A stretch of 64,000 bases of DNA from assembly GCA_051251915.1 (NCBI GenBank), contig JBPOGF010000001.1, positions 160,001-224,000 on the forward strand, in the 5' to 3' direction. Shown piece by piece: positions 37,895 through 47,246 of the stretch (its first letter is position 1; the number at the start of each line of letters is the position of its first letter). A program made the translations under genes and the position numbers. The stretch comes from Akkermansiaceae bacterium (GTDB lineage Bacteria > Verrucomicrobiota > Verrucomicrobiia > Verrucomicrobiales > Akkermansiaceae). The notes below the pieces were generated by a model. The model had not been told where the DNA came from. It searched no databases and saw nothing but the letters and a program-made list of their open reading frames with translations.

Positions 37895-39174
37895 GGGGTG
37901 GTGATTTCTAGGGGTAAGTTTTTTTCGGTGAATCTAAATGATCCTAGGTTGATGGTTTCTCCTGGAGCGATGGGGTAGGGCGAGTTGTGTTTCCACTGGA
38001 CGGTGATGCCTTTGCTGCGTTCGTTTTTCTGGGTGGAGTAGTGTTCTGTTAAATGGGAGGAGATGCAGAAGCCTTGCCAGTCGAGACGGATGGTTTCTGG
38101 CCAGTCGAGTCTTTGTGGGGTGTTGTTTGTGATGGTGAGGTGGTGGAGGCCGTCATCGGTGGGGGTGATTTTTAGATCGAGTTTGGCTGGTTCTGGTTGT
38201 TGGCCATGGCGGACTTTCTGGAGGGTGTCCCAGGTCCAGTTCATGCGGTCTGTGGTGACGGGTAGGCGGTACCAGATGATGCCTTGCATGAGTGCTGGGC
38301 GTTGGGTTTGCCATTCGCGGATGAGGTGGGAGAGCTGGGATGGGTCTGCGCTTGCTATTTCGTAGCGTAGTTTTTGGAATTTACCTTCTGAGGCGATGTT
38401 GTTGATTTTTCCATCGCTGCCGTAGCTGATGGCATGGCGATAGGTGGGGAGGGCTATGAGGTAGGGTTTGCCGAATTCTGCGCAGGCTAGGGCGGTTTTG
38501 TAGGCGTGGTCGGTGTTGCAGAGTGCTCTGCCTTCTCCGTGTCCTGAGACTCCGTGGACTTGCATGATGAAGCGGTCGGTCTGCTGGGCTAGGGTGGTGA
38601 ATTCTGGGTAGTTGAGCCAGTCTGGTAGGCAGGTGATTTCTAGGATTTTGTTAGGGAATTCTTGTTTGAGGTGGGTGAGGAGTTTGGTGTAGTCGGCGAG
38701 TTTTTGTGATGGGCAGTCGTAGTCGATCTGGATGGATTTGGCGGTGGGGGCGTAGAGGTGGAGGAGTTGGGTGATTTCTTGGAGGGCTGTATTTGGCCAG
38801 TGGGATTTGGCGGCGTTTGTGTGGATGCGGAAGGCTAGGGTGAATTCTCCGGGATGCTTGTTAGTGTGGTGGATGGGGGATTGGAATGGTTGGCAGGTCC
38901 ATTGTTGATTTTGGTAGGAGATTTCGGCGGCTAGGAAGACTGTGTTGCTGAACTCTGGGGTGCGGGTTTCGACGGCGTGGGTGACTGCGTCGGTCCAGAC
39001 TCGTTGCCAGACGTAGACTTCTTGGGGGATTTCACCGGTTGTGAACTCGATGGAGGTAAGTTTTTCATGGTCGCATGATGCACAGGTCAGCGAGAAAAAC
39101 GTGAACGTCACTAGAATTACCGCTAGGTATATGCAGTGAAATTTTCTCGATAGGTAGAGTAACGACGTGAACAT
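37891..39174 (-). CDS. DUF3142 domain protein (GH18-like barrel)
   Basis: YVWQRVW, IQIDYDCP, ITCLPDW, IMQVH, IALPTY, GIIWYRLPV..DRMNW. Confidence 0.85.
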   Translation of the reverse strand: MFTSLLYLSRKFHCIYLAVILVTFTFFSLTCASCDHEKLTSIEFTTGEIPQEVYVWQRVWTDAVTHAVETRTPEFSNTVFLAAEISYQNQQWTCQPFQSPIHHTNKHPGEFTLAFRIHTNAAKSHWPNTALQEITQLLHLYAPTAKSIQIDYDCPSQKLADYTKLLTHLKQEFPNKILEITCLPDWLNYPEFTTLAQQTDRFIMQVHGVSGHGEGRALCNTDHAYKTALACAEFGKPYLIALPTYRHAISYGSDGKINNIASEGKFQKLRYEIASADPSQLSHLIREWQTQRPALMQGIIWYRLPVTTDRMNWTWDTLQKVRHGQQPEPAKLDLKITPTDDGLHHLTITNNTPQRLDWPETIRLDWQGFCISSHLTEHYSTQKNERSKGITVQWKHNSPYPIAPGETINLGSFRFTEKNLPLEITTP

Positions 39175-39248
39175 ATTATGGATACGAGGTCCTTGTTCAG
39201 TGCCTTACACAAAAGATATTGGTTCTATATCCTTTTCTTAATTCTCTC

Positions 39249-39416
39249 CAAGCATTAGCTGGGTAGTTGGCTAAACACACAATGGCATCTGGATCCTGGC
39301 TTGCTCAACGGCTGGTAATGAGGCATATTAGCTCAGTGACACAAGCAAAAGCATGGTGTCATGAGAGCAAAGAAGGTGAGCGATGGGTAAAGAAACTGGA
39401 GAAGAAGAGCAGATAA
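39249..39416 (+). pseudogene. C-terminal remnant of a Y1 (RAYT/IS200-like) transposase
   Basis: QALAG*LAKHTMASGSWLAQRLVMRHISSVTQA matches the recalled ALAxWL..T..S..WxAxRLxMGH..VxxA tail; TAG sits in place of Trp. Confidence 0.55.
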
Positions 39417-39542
39417 ATAGAATTTTAAAGCATATGAAATTATGGATTATAGGACTGCTCCTTTTTTGAACATGCAGCTTAATAGTGAACAATATAATAT
39501 GAATTTTAAATCTGGGTGTAAAAATTCTTGTGATTAATTAAT

Positions 39543-40238
39543 ATGAAATTTTTTTTAACTATAGTAACGATAGTATTTTGTTTTATTCAAGCTTTGAAGT
39601 CACAGGAAAAAATAATAGCTAAAGATAAAACTCACGTTTTCAAAGTAATTGATTCTTATATACTCTTAATGCATAAGAAAGTCAAATTACCCAAATTTGT
39701 ATTGACTCTGCATGAAGCTCAAAACTTTATATCAGGAGGATATGGGTTTAATCATGGTGAAAATGTGGTTCGTATTAATTACCCTCAATTCTCAATATAC
39801 TACTATAATGGCAGCTATTATTTTTGTGGCAAAAGGTTCGCTACTGAAAATAATGACATCCTATATAAAGATGGCCATTTATGGAGTGATGGTAAAAAGA
39901 TCAAATATTTGGAGCATATAGTAAATGATCTAGAAAATTTGAAAGGTAAAACGAATGAAGATATAGATTTAACAAATAATAAATTCGATTGGGATGGTTA
40001 TATATTCAAAACCAAAACACAGGGTAAGCCAGTGTCGTTAAATCCTATCCCGCTTTCAAAAGGACGATTTTATTTTTCTGTATTTTGGATTTCTGGCGAA
40101 ATTAAAGATGGTAGTTTATATGTTTTTGGTAAGTATATATCAAAAGTGAAAGCAGAAATATTTTTAGATTTTTCATCAGATAAATTATATCTCGATAATA
40201 AGTTTATCTGTAATTTGAGTGAGATTATTAACAAATAA
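39543..40238 (+). CDS. AT-rich exported hypothetical protein
   Basis: 231-aa ORF with signal peptide; markedly AT-rich. Confidence 0.7.
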   Translation: MKFFLTIVTIVFCFIQALKSQEKIIAKDKTHVFKVIDSYILLMHKKVKLPKFVLTLHEAQNFISGGYGFNHGENVVRINYPQFSIYYYNGSYYFCGKRFATENNDILYKDGHLWSDGKKIKYLEHIVNDLENLKGKTNEDIDLTNNKFDWDGYIFKTKTQGKPVSLNPIPLSKGRFYFSVFWISGEIKDGSLYVFGKYISKVKAEIFLDFSSDKLYLDNKFICNLSEIINK

Positions 40239-40340
40239 AAAAGGGCAAAGGGGTCAGCAAATGTCTGTGAATGAAAAGCAAAAGTTATGAACCGAGCGCA
40301 TGGGTAACAGTAATGGGACTTTTGAACTTTAAACTATATA

Positions 40341-40559
40341 ATGAAATCAATATTGTACATATTAAATATATTAAAATATATTTCTTGGGTCGTGGGTGTT
40401 ACTACTATGATGGCTTATATGTTGTGTCGTTTCTTCGATATTCAGCTAGCTGATCGATTCTTCTTAATTTTTATGAATATGGCTGTTTCAGGCATAATAA
40501 TTGCAATTCCAATAAGCGGGTTATATGTTTATTTGCAAAAACTACACAAGAGTCAATAA
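40341..40559 (+). CDS. Small 2-TM hypothetical protein
   Basis: 72 aa, two hydrophobic helices, AT-rich. Confidence 0.55.
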   Translation: MKSILYILNILKYISWVVGVTTMMAYMLCRFFDIQLADRFFLIFMNMAVSGIIIAIPISGLYVYLQKLHKSQ

Positions 40560-40756
40560 GGGGAAATAAGCTGTTATCTGCCGAATTGTTGTCGGGTTGT
40601 TCGGGCGAATTGACGCCAGGGTGATTTGGGGTGTTTTTTTGCTGTTCTTCTACTTTGTTGTCGTGCTTTTTGGAGGCTTGGGGGTGGAACATTTTGCTCT
40701 GTGTTGCCTTTATTTGGGCTTGCTGGGGTTATGGGCTTGGGTTGATGGAGCATGAG

Positions 40757-40849
40757 GTTCACTTTCAGTGAACTTGTTTTTTGGTGATTTTATCCCAGCG
40801 ATGCGGCTTTGCCTTTCACTGGGCTGGTATGAGATTCTCCTTCAGAGAA
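40757..40849. repeat. Degenerate REP-like hairpin units
   Basis: GTTCAC-TTTCA-GTGAAC; CCCAGCGA...TCACTGGG; TTCTC-CTTCA-GAGAA. Confidence 0.4.
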
Positions 40850-40982
40850 TGATGGAGGCTGAGGTTGATGGGGTGGTTGGATGGTGGATTTTTTTATGCA
40901 TGCCATATGCTCTAGATGAGGTGTGGTTTTCTGGATTTTATGATGATGAAGAGCTTGTTAGTTAGGGTTTCCGTGGAGCACC

Positions 40983-41438
40983 TTATATTCTCTGTTTAAT
41001 TCTCTCTAGTAGTTCTGGATCGTCTTCAAGCTCAGTTACTAGGGAGGTGATGACGTTTAGGGTGGCTTTGGAGACGTGGTGTTCCATGCCTTCTACGTCG
41101 CGGTAGATGGTTTCTTCGTCTAGGTTGAAGAGGCGGAGGAACTGGGTGAGGGTTTGGTGGCGGGTGACGATGGCGTTGGCGATGGTGAGGCCTTTTTCGG
41201 TGAGGGTGGTGCCGCCGTATTTCTCGTGGTTGACGAGGCCTTCTGCTTTGAGGCGCTGGAGCATGTTGGTGACGCTGGCTTGGGAGATGCCTAGATTTCT
41301 GGAGACGTCTACGGGTCTGGCGTAGCCTTCACCTTTTTCTTCGATGAGGTGGAGGATCTGCTCAAGGTAGTCGTCCATGGCTACGGAGCCACTGGTGCGG
41401 AGGGTTCTGGGGGAGGAGTCTGGAGATGGTTGGGGCAT
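40983..41438 (-). CDS. mntR: MntR/DtxR-family metal-dependent regulator
   Basis: DDYLEQI, SVTNMLQRL, RH..L..FL, DVEGMEHH. Confidence 0.88.
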   Translation of the reverse strand: MPQPSPDSSPRTLRTSGSVAMDDYLEQILHLIEEKGEGYARPVDVSRNLGISQASVTNMLQRLKAEGLVNHEKYGGTTLTEKGLTIANAIVTRHQTLTQFLRLFNLDEETIYRDVEGMEHHVSKATLNVITSLVTELEDDPELLERIKQRI

Positions 41439-41455
41439 CGTGATGGAGTTGGGAG

Positions 41456-42565
41456 CTAGTAATCTTGCACTGGGCTGTAATTTTCTCCGCTTTGGGTTTC
41501 TTGGTTTTTGGCGGCTTCTTCGCCTAGGGTATCGATTCGGAGCTGCATGACTTCTTGGTCGTATTTGTCCCAGAGTTTACGGGAGAAGGCGGTGGGTGGT
41601 TTGATGCGTTTTTTGAGTTTTTCTATTCTGTGGAGGGAGTCGTCGAGGATGTGGTTGGGGACGTTTTTGATGGCTTGGACGGCGATTTCTGCGGAGTCTG
41701 TGTTGTGGCAGATCATGGCCATGTCGTTTCCGGCTTCGATGGAGAGCTGGACGTCTGGGCCTCTGCCGTAGGTGTTCATGATGGCTCCCATGTCTAGGTC
41801 ATCTGTCATGATGAGTCCTTCGTAGCCGAGTTGGTTACGGAGGAGGTTGGTGAGGAGGTTTTTGGAGAATGATCCGGGGAGGCCTGGGGTGTCTGGGTCG
41901 ATGGCGGAGAAGTGTGCGTGGCAGCTCATGATGCTGTCTAGGACTGGCATGAGTGCGGTGTATGGGAGGAGGTCTGACTGCATGAGGTCTTCTTTGGTTT
42001 TGGTGACGAAGGGGAGCTCGTGGTGGGGGTCTACGTCTGCGAGGCCGCAGGATGGAAAGTGTTTGGCGCAGGAGAGGACTTTGCCTCGGCGGAGGTTGGC
42101 GTTGAATATGCCTGCGTTGCAGATGACTTCTTGGGCGTCTGTGCCGTAGCAGCGGCCTTGCATGGCGTTGTCTGAGTTGTCATCGTATGAGATGTCTAGG
42201 ACTGGGCAGAGGTTCATGTTTACTCCGAGTTGGCGGAGGATGTCTGCGGTGATCATGCCGTGTCTGGCGATGAGGCCGCCTACTTTTTTGAGGTCTCCGG
42301 CTTTACGTAGTTGCTGTGCGGAGGGTGGTTCATTGGCGATGGCACGGGTGCGGGTGACTCTGCCGCCTTCTTGGTCGATGGTGATGAGGGGCTCGATGTT
42401 GCAGACTTCTTTGAGGGAGTCTGTGAGTTCGCGGAGTTGTTCTGGTGAGGCTACGTTTCTGGCGAAGAGGACGAAGCCGCCGGGTTGGATTTTCTTGAAG
42501 ATGGAGATTTCATCAGGGGTAAGTTTTAGGCCTTTGACTCCGAGTAGTAGTAGCTGTCCGTGCAT
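41456..42565 (-). CDS. nagZ: Beta-N-acetylhexosaminidase (GH3)
   Basis: IDQEGGRV, PVLD, KHFP, DPHHELP, TDDLDMGA. Confidence 0.9.
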   Translation of the reverse strand: MHGQLLLLGVKGLKLTPDEISIFKKIQPGGFVLFARNVASPEQLRELTDSLKEVCNIEPLITIDQEGGRVTRTRAIANEPPSAQQLRKAGDLKKVGGLIARHGMITADILRQLGVNMNLCPVLDISYDDNSDNAMQGRCYGTDAQEVICNAGIFNANLRRGKVLSCAKHFPSCGLADVDPHHELPFVTKTKEDLMQSDLLPYTALMPVLDSIMSCHAHFSAIDPDTPGLPGSFSKNLLTNLLRNQLGYEGLIMTDDLDMGAIMNTYGRGPDVQLSIEAGNDMAMICHNTDSAEIAVQAIKNVPNHILDDSLHRIEKLKKRIKPPTAFSRKLWDKYDQEVMQLRIDTLGEEAAKNQETQSGENYSPVQDY

Positions 42566-42649
42566 GATGGAATTACTGTGTGTTGTGGGTAGAAAAATGC
42601 AAGTTTAGCTTTTCATTTGGGTTGGGAAGCATCATTTTAGCGGGGAACT

Positions 42650-43153
42650 ATGGAAGAGAAAAGCAAAGCAGGATCGTATTATTTGGCGGGCATTGGCCTA
42701 GCCGTGGCGCTGGTGGGGGCAGTGTTTGTTTATCTGTTGTGGAATAGTTATCAGAAGGCTAGTGCGACGAGGGAGTGGACTGAGACGCCATGTTTGGTGA
42801 TCAGGTCTAAGGTGGCTGTTCGGTCTTCTGAGCATATTTCTAAGGAGTATAGTTGGAATGTGGAGTATCTTTATGAGTTTGGTGGGGAGTCGTATTCTAG
42901 TAAGTTTCATACTCCGCGTAGGGCGAAATGGAGTTCTACGAAGGAGTCTGTGGATGAGCTTATAGAGAGGTATCCGGCGGATGAGAAGGCGGTTTGCTTT
43001 GTGAATCCTGAGGCTCCGTCGCAGGCGATTTTGGAGCATGACAGTAAAGCGGGCGGGTATAGTATTTGGTTCCCGATGTTGTTTGTCGTTGGAGGGCTGG
43101 GGATTACGTTTAGTTCGTTGAGGGGGCTGAAATCTAGATTGATTCCATGCTGA
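42650..43153 (+). CDS. DUF3592 domain membrane protein
   Basis: TM, W..T, VEY.Y..GG..Y, VNP..P..AIL, TM. Confidence 0.8.
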   Translation: MEEKSKAGSYYLAGIGLAVALVGAVFVYLLWNSYQKASATREWTETPCLVIRSKVAVRSSEHISKEYSWNVEYLYEFGGESYSSKFHTPRRAKWSSTKESVDELIERYPADEKAVCFVNPEAPSQAILEHDSKAGGYSIWFPMLFVVGGLGITFSSLRGLKSRLIPC

Positions 43154-43764
43154 GTGCCAAACAAGTAATGTGCCGTGTGTACTGTGGGATCTTGGTGGTT
43201 ATCTGGGTTCTGGCACCTTATAGTATTTTGCAACACGTGGAGATTTTTCCGGTGTTGTGGATGCCTGAGCTTGGATTCGATAAGGCGATTCCTGTTTATT
43301 TTGATAGTATCTGGGTTTATTATTCGTTTTACGTTTTGTTAGGCTTGGTAGGGTTGATTGTGGAGAAAAAGTTGTTCTTGCAGTATCTTTATACGGTGGG
43401 GTGGGTGACTGCGGTTTCTCATGCGTTTTTCTTGTTTATGCCGAATGGTGTGTTGCGGACTGATATTGATTTTGAGTCGGCTCCGGCATTTTATCAGCAC
43501 TTGGCGAGTTGGGATTCGCCTCGGAATGCGTTTCCTTCGTTGCATGCTTCTCTGTCGATTGTGGCTGCTATTGCGGTGCAGTTTTCGCGGAATTTTGCGA
43601 AGTGGATGAAGCCGTTGGTTTGGCTATGGGTGGTGGCTATTTTCTGGTCGACGATTGCGTTACGTCAACATGTTGTGGTTGATCTTGTTGCTGGGGCTAT
43701 CATCGCAGTCATCGTTTGGTGGCGCGTTTCTGAGAGTGGTGAGCTGAAGCACCATGGGGTTTAA
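43147..43764 (+). CDS. PAP2-family phosphatase/phosphotransferase
   Basis: NAFPSLH, STIALRQHVVVDL. Confidence 0.85.
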   Translation: MLSAKQVMCRVYCGILVVIWVLAPYSILQHVEIFPVLWMPELGFDKAIPVYFDSIWVYYSFYVLLGLVGLIVEKKLFLQYLYTVGWVTAVSHAFFLFMPNGVLRTDIDFESAPAFYQHLASWDSPRNAFPSLHASLSIVAAIAVQFSRNFAKWMKPLVWLWVVAIFWSTIALRQHVVVDLVAGAIIAVIVWWRVSESGELKHHGV

Positions 43765-44858
43765 AGTATGTGTTCTACGATGGAGTCTACTAGTAGGCTA
43801 CCTGCGGGGGTGAGAATGAAGTGGTCGTTTGAGATGGTGGCTAGGTTTTCTGATACTAGGATTTGGACGCGGTTCATTTCTGGTTCGGTGAATACTGAGA
43901 TGGGGAGTCCTTCGGTGGTGCGGAGCATGAGGGCGATGCGCTCGATGCGGAAGTCTTCGGGGGTGAGGTTTTCTATCTCGGTTTGGGCGTGTCCGACTGA
44001 GGCGATCTGGCGGATGTAGGCGGCGGTGTCTGGGACATTTTTCCAGCGTGTGTCGTGGATGGTGGAGACGGCTGAGGGGCCGAGGCCTAGGTATTGGGCG
44101 CCTTGCCAGTAGGATTTGTTGTGGGTGGATTTGGCACCGGGTTTGGCGTAGTTTGAGGTTTCGTAGTGTTCGAATCCTGCTTGGGTGAGGAGCTGGTGGG
44201 CGAGGTGGAAGAACTGGGCGTTGGCGTCTGGGTCATCGATGTATTCTCCGGTTGTGTATTTTTTGATGAACTCGGTGTCTTCTTCGTAGGTGAGATTGTA
44301 GGCTGAGATGTGGTCGGGGTCGAGGGCTATGGCTGATTCTAGGGTGTCTCTCCAGCTATCGAGTGATTGGCCGGGGATGGAGAACATGAGGTCGATGTTG
44401 ATTTCTTTGAGCCCGGCTTGACGGAGGATGGGGACGGTTTGCTGGGCTTCTGCACGGGTGTGTTCACGGCCAAGGGTTTTTAGGACTGCGTCATCGAATG
44501 ATTGGATTCCTAGGGAAATACGGGTGACTCCGATCTCTGCGAAGTATTGGGCTTTTTTGAGGTCGAAGGTGGCGGGGTTGGCTTCGAAGGTGAATTCTTT
44601 GAGTTCTGAGAGGTCGAAGTGGGAGTTGAGCTGGGTGTGGAGTTCTGCTAGGAGGGTGCGGGAGAGCATGGAGGGGGTGCCGCCGCCTAGGTAGAGGGTG
44701 TTGATTTTTCTGGAGGGGAATTTTTCTGCGTAGAATTTGGCTTCGTCGCCGATGGAGCGGATGAATCCCCGCATGTCGGTGTTGCCGGGAGTGTGTTTGT
44801 AGAATGAGCAGTAGGGGCAGATTCTGTGGCAGAACGGAATATGGAGATAGAGTTGCAT
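43761..44858 (-). CDS. hemW: Radical SAM heme chaperone HemW
   Basis: LYLHIPFCHRICPYCSF, GGGTPS, EANP, HYETSNY, HNKSYW. Confidence 0.9.
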   Translation of the reverse strand: MQLYLHIPFCHRICPYCSFYKHTPGNTDMRGFIRSIGDEAKFYAEKFPSRKINTLYLGGGTPSMLSRTLLAELHTQLNSHFDLSELKEFTFEANPATFDLKKAQYFAEIGVTRISLGIQSFDDAVLKTLGREHTRAEAQQTVPILRQAGLKEINIDLMFSIPGQSLDSWRDTLESAIALDPDHISAYNLTYEEDTEFIKKYTTGEYIDDPDANAQFFHLAHQLLTQAGFEHYETSNYAKPGAKSTHNKSYWQGAQYLGLGPSAVSTIHDTRWKNVPDTAAYIRQIASVGHAQTEIENLTPEDFRIERIALMLRTTEGLPISVFTEPEMNRVQILVSENLATISNDHFILTPAGSLLVDSIVEHIL

Positions 44859-44910
44859 GAATTGTGGATTTAGAGTTGAAAACCGTGGACTCTCTGGCAT
44901 AACACCGCTC

Positions 44911-45828
44911 ATGCAGCAGAAGGTTGACTTAGGCAATGCCGTTTTAAAGGGCGTTTCAAGATCATTTTACATTACCATCAGATTATTGCCAAGACTGATG
45001 CGTGAGCCTGTGTCTGTAGGTTATTTATTAGCAAGGGCTAGTGATACTATTGCCGATACGGAGGCGGTTCCTGCCGAACTTAGGAAAGAGTGTCTTTCTA
45101 TTTTTCATGAGTCGCTTAAGGATGAGGAAGTTCGCGAGAAGTTGTTGGCATTATTGGATGAGAAATTTATTGAGCATCAAGAAAACGAGCGTGAGCAGTT
45201 GTTGCTGACACGGATGAGTGATGTATTTGGTTGGTATGATACGGTGACTGAGCAAGATTGGATTGCGATATCTGATGTGATGAAGCCGATCTTGGAAGGT
45301 CAACTTTGGGATGTGGATTACTTTGCAATTCAGGGGAAGAAGCAGATTGATTCTGAGGAGGCGCTGGACAAGTATTGTTATCAAGTAGCAGGTTCAGTGG
45401 GGGAGTTCTGGGGGGTTGTGGGGAGAAATGCCTACCATAGATACTCGGAATATGATGCTGAGCAGCTGAAGCAGTATGGGATCAATTACGGTAAAGGACT
45501 ACAGTTGGTGAACATTTTACGTGATCTTCCGGCTGATCTGGAAAATGGGAGGTGTTACATTCCGGATGTGGATACGAAGGATACTAAGGCGGTGATGAAG
45601 GCGACTAAGATTTGGCGCAAAAAGGCTAGGCGTTTTCTGGAACAGGGTTTAACTTATAGTAGCACACTGAGGCAAAAACGTGCGAAGATGGCTACTGCTT
45701 TACCTGCTATTATCGGGCTTAAGACCTTGGATCTGATGGATGAGGTTACCTGGGAGGAGTGGGAAAAGGGAGTGAAAATCACCCGTAAAGAAATCCGCAA
45801 ATCAATCTGGCAAGCGGTTTGCCATTAA
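44911..45828 (+). CDS. Squalene/phytoene synthase family protein (squalene-synthase-like)
   Basis: VSRSF, YLLARASDTIAD, YCYQVAGSVG, GLQLVNILRD, GRCYIP. Confidence 0.9.
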   Translation: MQQKVDLGNAVLKGVSRSFYITIRLLPRLMREPVSVGYLLARASDTIADTEAVPAELRKECLSIFHESLKDEEVREKLLALLDEKFIEHQENEREQLLLTRMSDVFGWYDTVTEQDWIAISDVMKPILEGQLWDVDYFAIQGKKQIDSEEALDKYCYQVAGSVGEFWGVVGRNAYHRYSEYDAEQLKQYGINYGKGLQLVNILRDLPADLENGRCYIPDVDTKDTKAVMKATKIWRKKARRFLEQGLTYSSTLRQKRAKMATALPAIIGLKTLDLMDEVTWEEWEKGVKITRKEIRKSIWQAVCH

Positions 45829-45870
45829 TTTTTTATTGAGTATCATTTTTCTAACAACATCAATTTTATC

Positions 45871-47076
45871 ATGAACACACAAGAATCTCAGCAATTACCT
45901 GACGCTACAGGTCACTTTGGAAACTATGGCGGCATGTTTGTGCCGGAAACGCTTATGGCACCACTTCAGGAATTGGCTGCTGAATATGAGAGAACTAAGT
46001 TGGATGAGAGTTTTCAGGCTGAACTCGATGACTTGTTGAAGAATTATTGTGGTAGGCCAACGCCTTTGTATTTTGCGGAGCGCTGGACTGAGAAGCTTGG
46101 TGGGGCGAAAATTTACCTTAAGCGTGAGGATCTGTTGCATACTGGGGCGCATAAGATTAATAATGCGATTGGGCAGATTTTGTTAGCTAAGCGGATAGGT
46201 AAGAAGCGGATTATTGCGGAGACCGGAGCTGGTCAGCACGGGGTGGCGACAGCGACAGTTTGTGCGCGGTTCGGGATGGAGTGTGTTGTTTATATGGGGG
46301 CTGTGGATATTGAAAGACAGGCGCCTAACGTTGCGAGGATGAAGTTATTAGGCGCGAAGGTGGTGCCGGTGACATCTGGGCAGGCTACTCTTAAAGATGC
46401 GGTGAATGAGGCGATGCGTGACTGGGTAGCGACTGTGGATCATACGCATTATATTTTAGGTTCTGCGCTTGGGTCACATCCTTTCCCGATGATGGTGAGA
46501 GATTTTCATCGGGTGATAGGTCTAGAGGCTAGGGAACAGGTTTTAGAGAGAGAGGGTAGATTACCTGATCTTTTGGTGGCTTGTGTGGGTGGTGGATCTA
46601 ATGCGATTGGATTGTTTCATCCATTTATTGGTGATGCCGATGTGAAGATGGTGGGTGTTGAAGCAGGGGGTGAGGGGATTTTTCCTGAGCGTCATGCTGC
46701 GAGATTCCAAGGTGGAAAGCTGGGGGTTCTACAGGGGACGAAGACTTGGTTGCTTGCGGATGATGATGGGCAGATAGAGCTTACTCACTCGGTTAGTGCT
46801 GGTTTGGATTATGCGGCGGTGGGGCCTGAGCATGCTTATTTGAAAGAGATAGGGCGTGCTGACTATAGTTATGCTACGGATGATGAAGCGTTAGCAGCTT
46901 TCCAGGAGTTGTCATCGACTGAGGGGATTATTCCTGCATTAGAGAGTTCTCATGCTTTGGCTTATGTGGCGAAGGTAGCAGGGGCTATGGCTAAGGATTC
47001 TATCATTATTGCTAATCTTTCTGGACGAGGTGATAAAGATATGGGGCAGGCGTTGAAGTTGCTTGGTATAGAGTAG
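45871..47076 (+). CDS. trpB: Tryptophan synthase beta chain
   Basis: [46 protein letters not shown]. Confidence 0.98.
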   Translation: MNTQESQQLPDATGHFGNYGGMFVPETLMAPLQELAAEYERTKLDESFQAELDDLLKNYCGRPTPLYFAERWTEKLGGAKIYLKREDLLHTGAHKINNAIGQILLAKRIGKKRIIAETGAGQHGVATATVCARFGMECVVYMGAVDIERQAPNVARMKLLGAKVVPVTSGQATLKDAVNEAMRDWVATVDHTHYILGSALGSHPFPMMVRDFHRVIGLEAREQVLEREGRLPDLLVACVGGGSNAIGLFHPFIGDADVKMVGVEAGGEGIFPERHAARFQGGKLGVLQGTKTWLLADDDGQIELTHSVSAGLDYAAVGPEHAYLKEIGRADYSYATDDEALAAFQELSSTEGIIPALESSHALAYVAKVAGAMAKDSIIIANLSGRGDKDMGQALKLLGIE

Positions 47077-47246
47077 GCATTAAACATAAGACGTATTGTG
47101 CTCTGTACTAAGCCAGCGATGGCTTTTGGGAAGGGTGAAAATCAGTTTGTTTGACTATCTATTTTTTATGAATAGGGTGCTGTACGCAAGTTGTATCCGT
47201 AGATGTTGCGGATCATTGTCGTTCCCTTATTACTTTTACCAGCACC

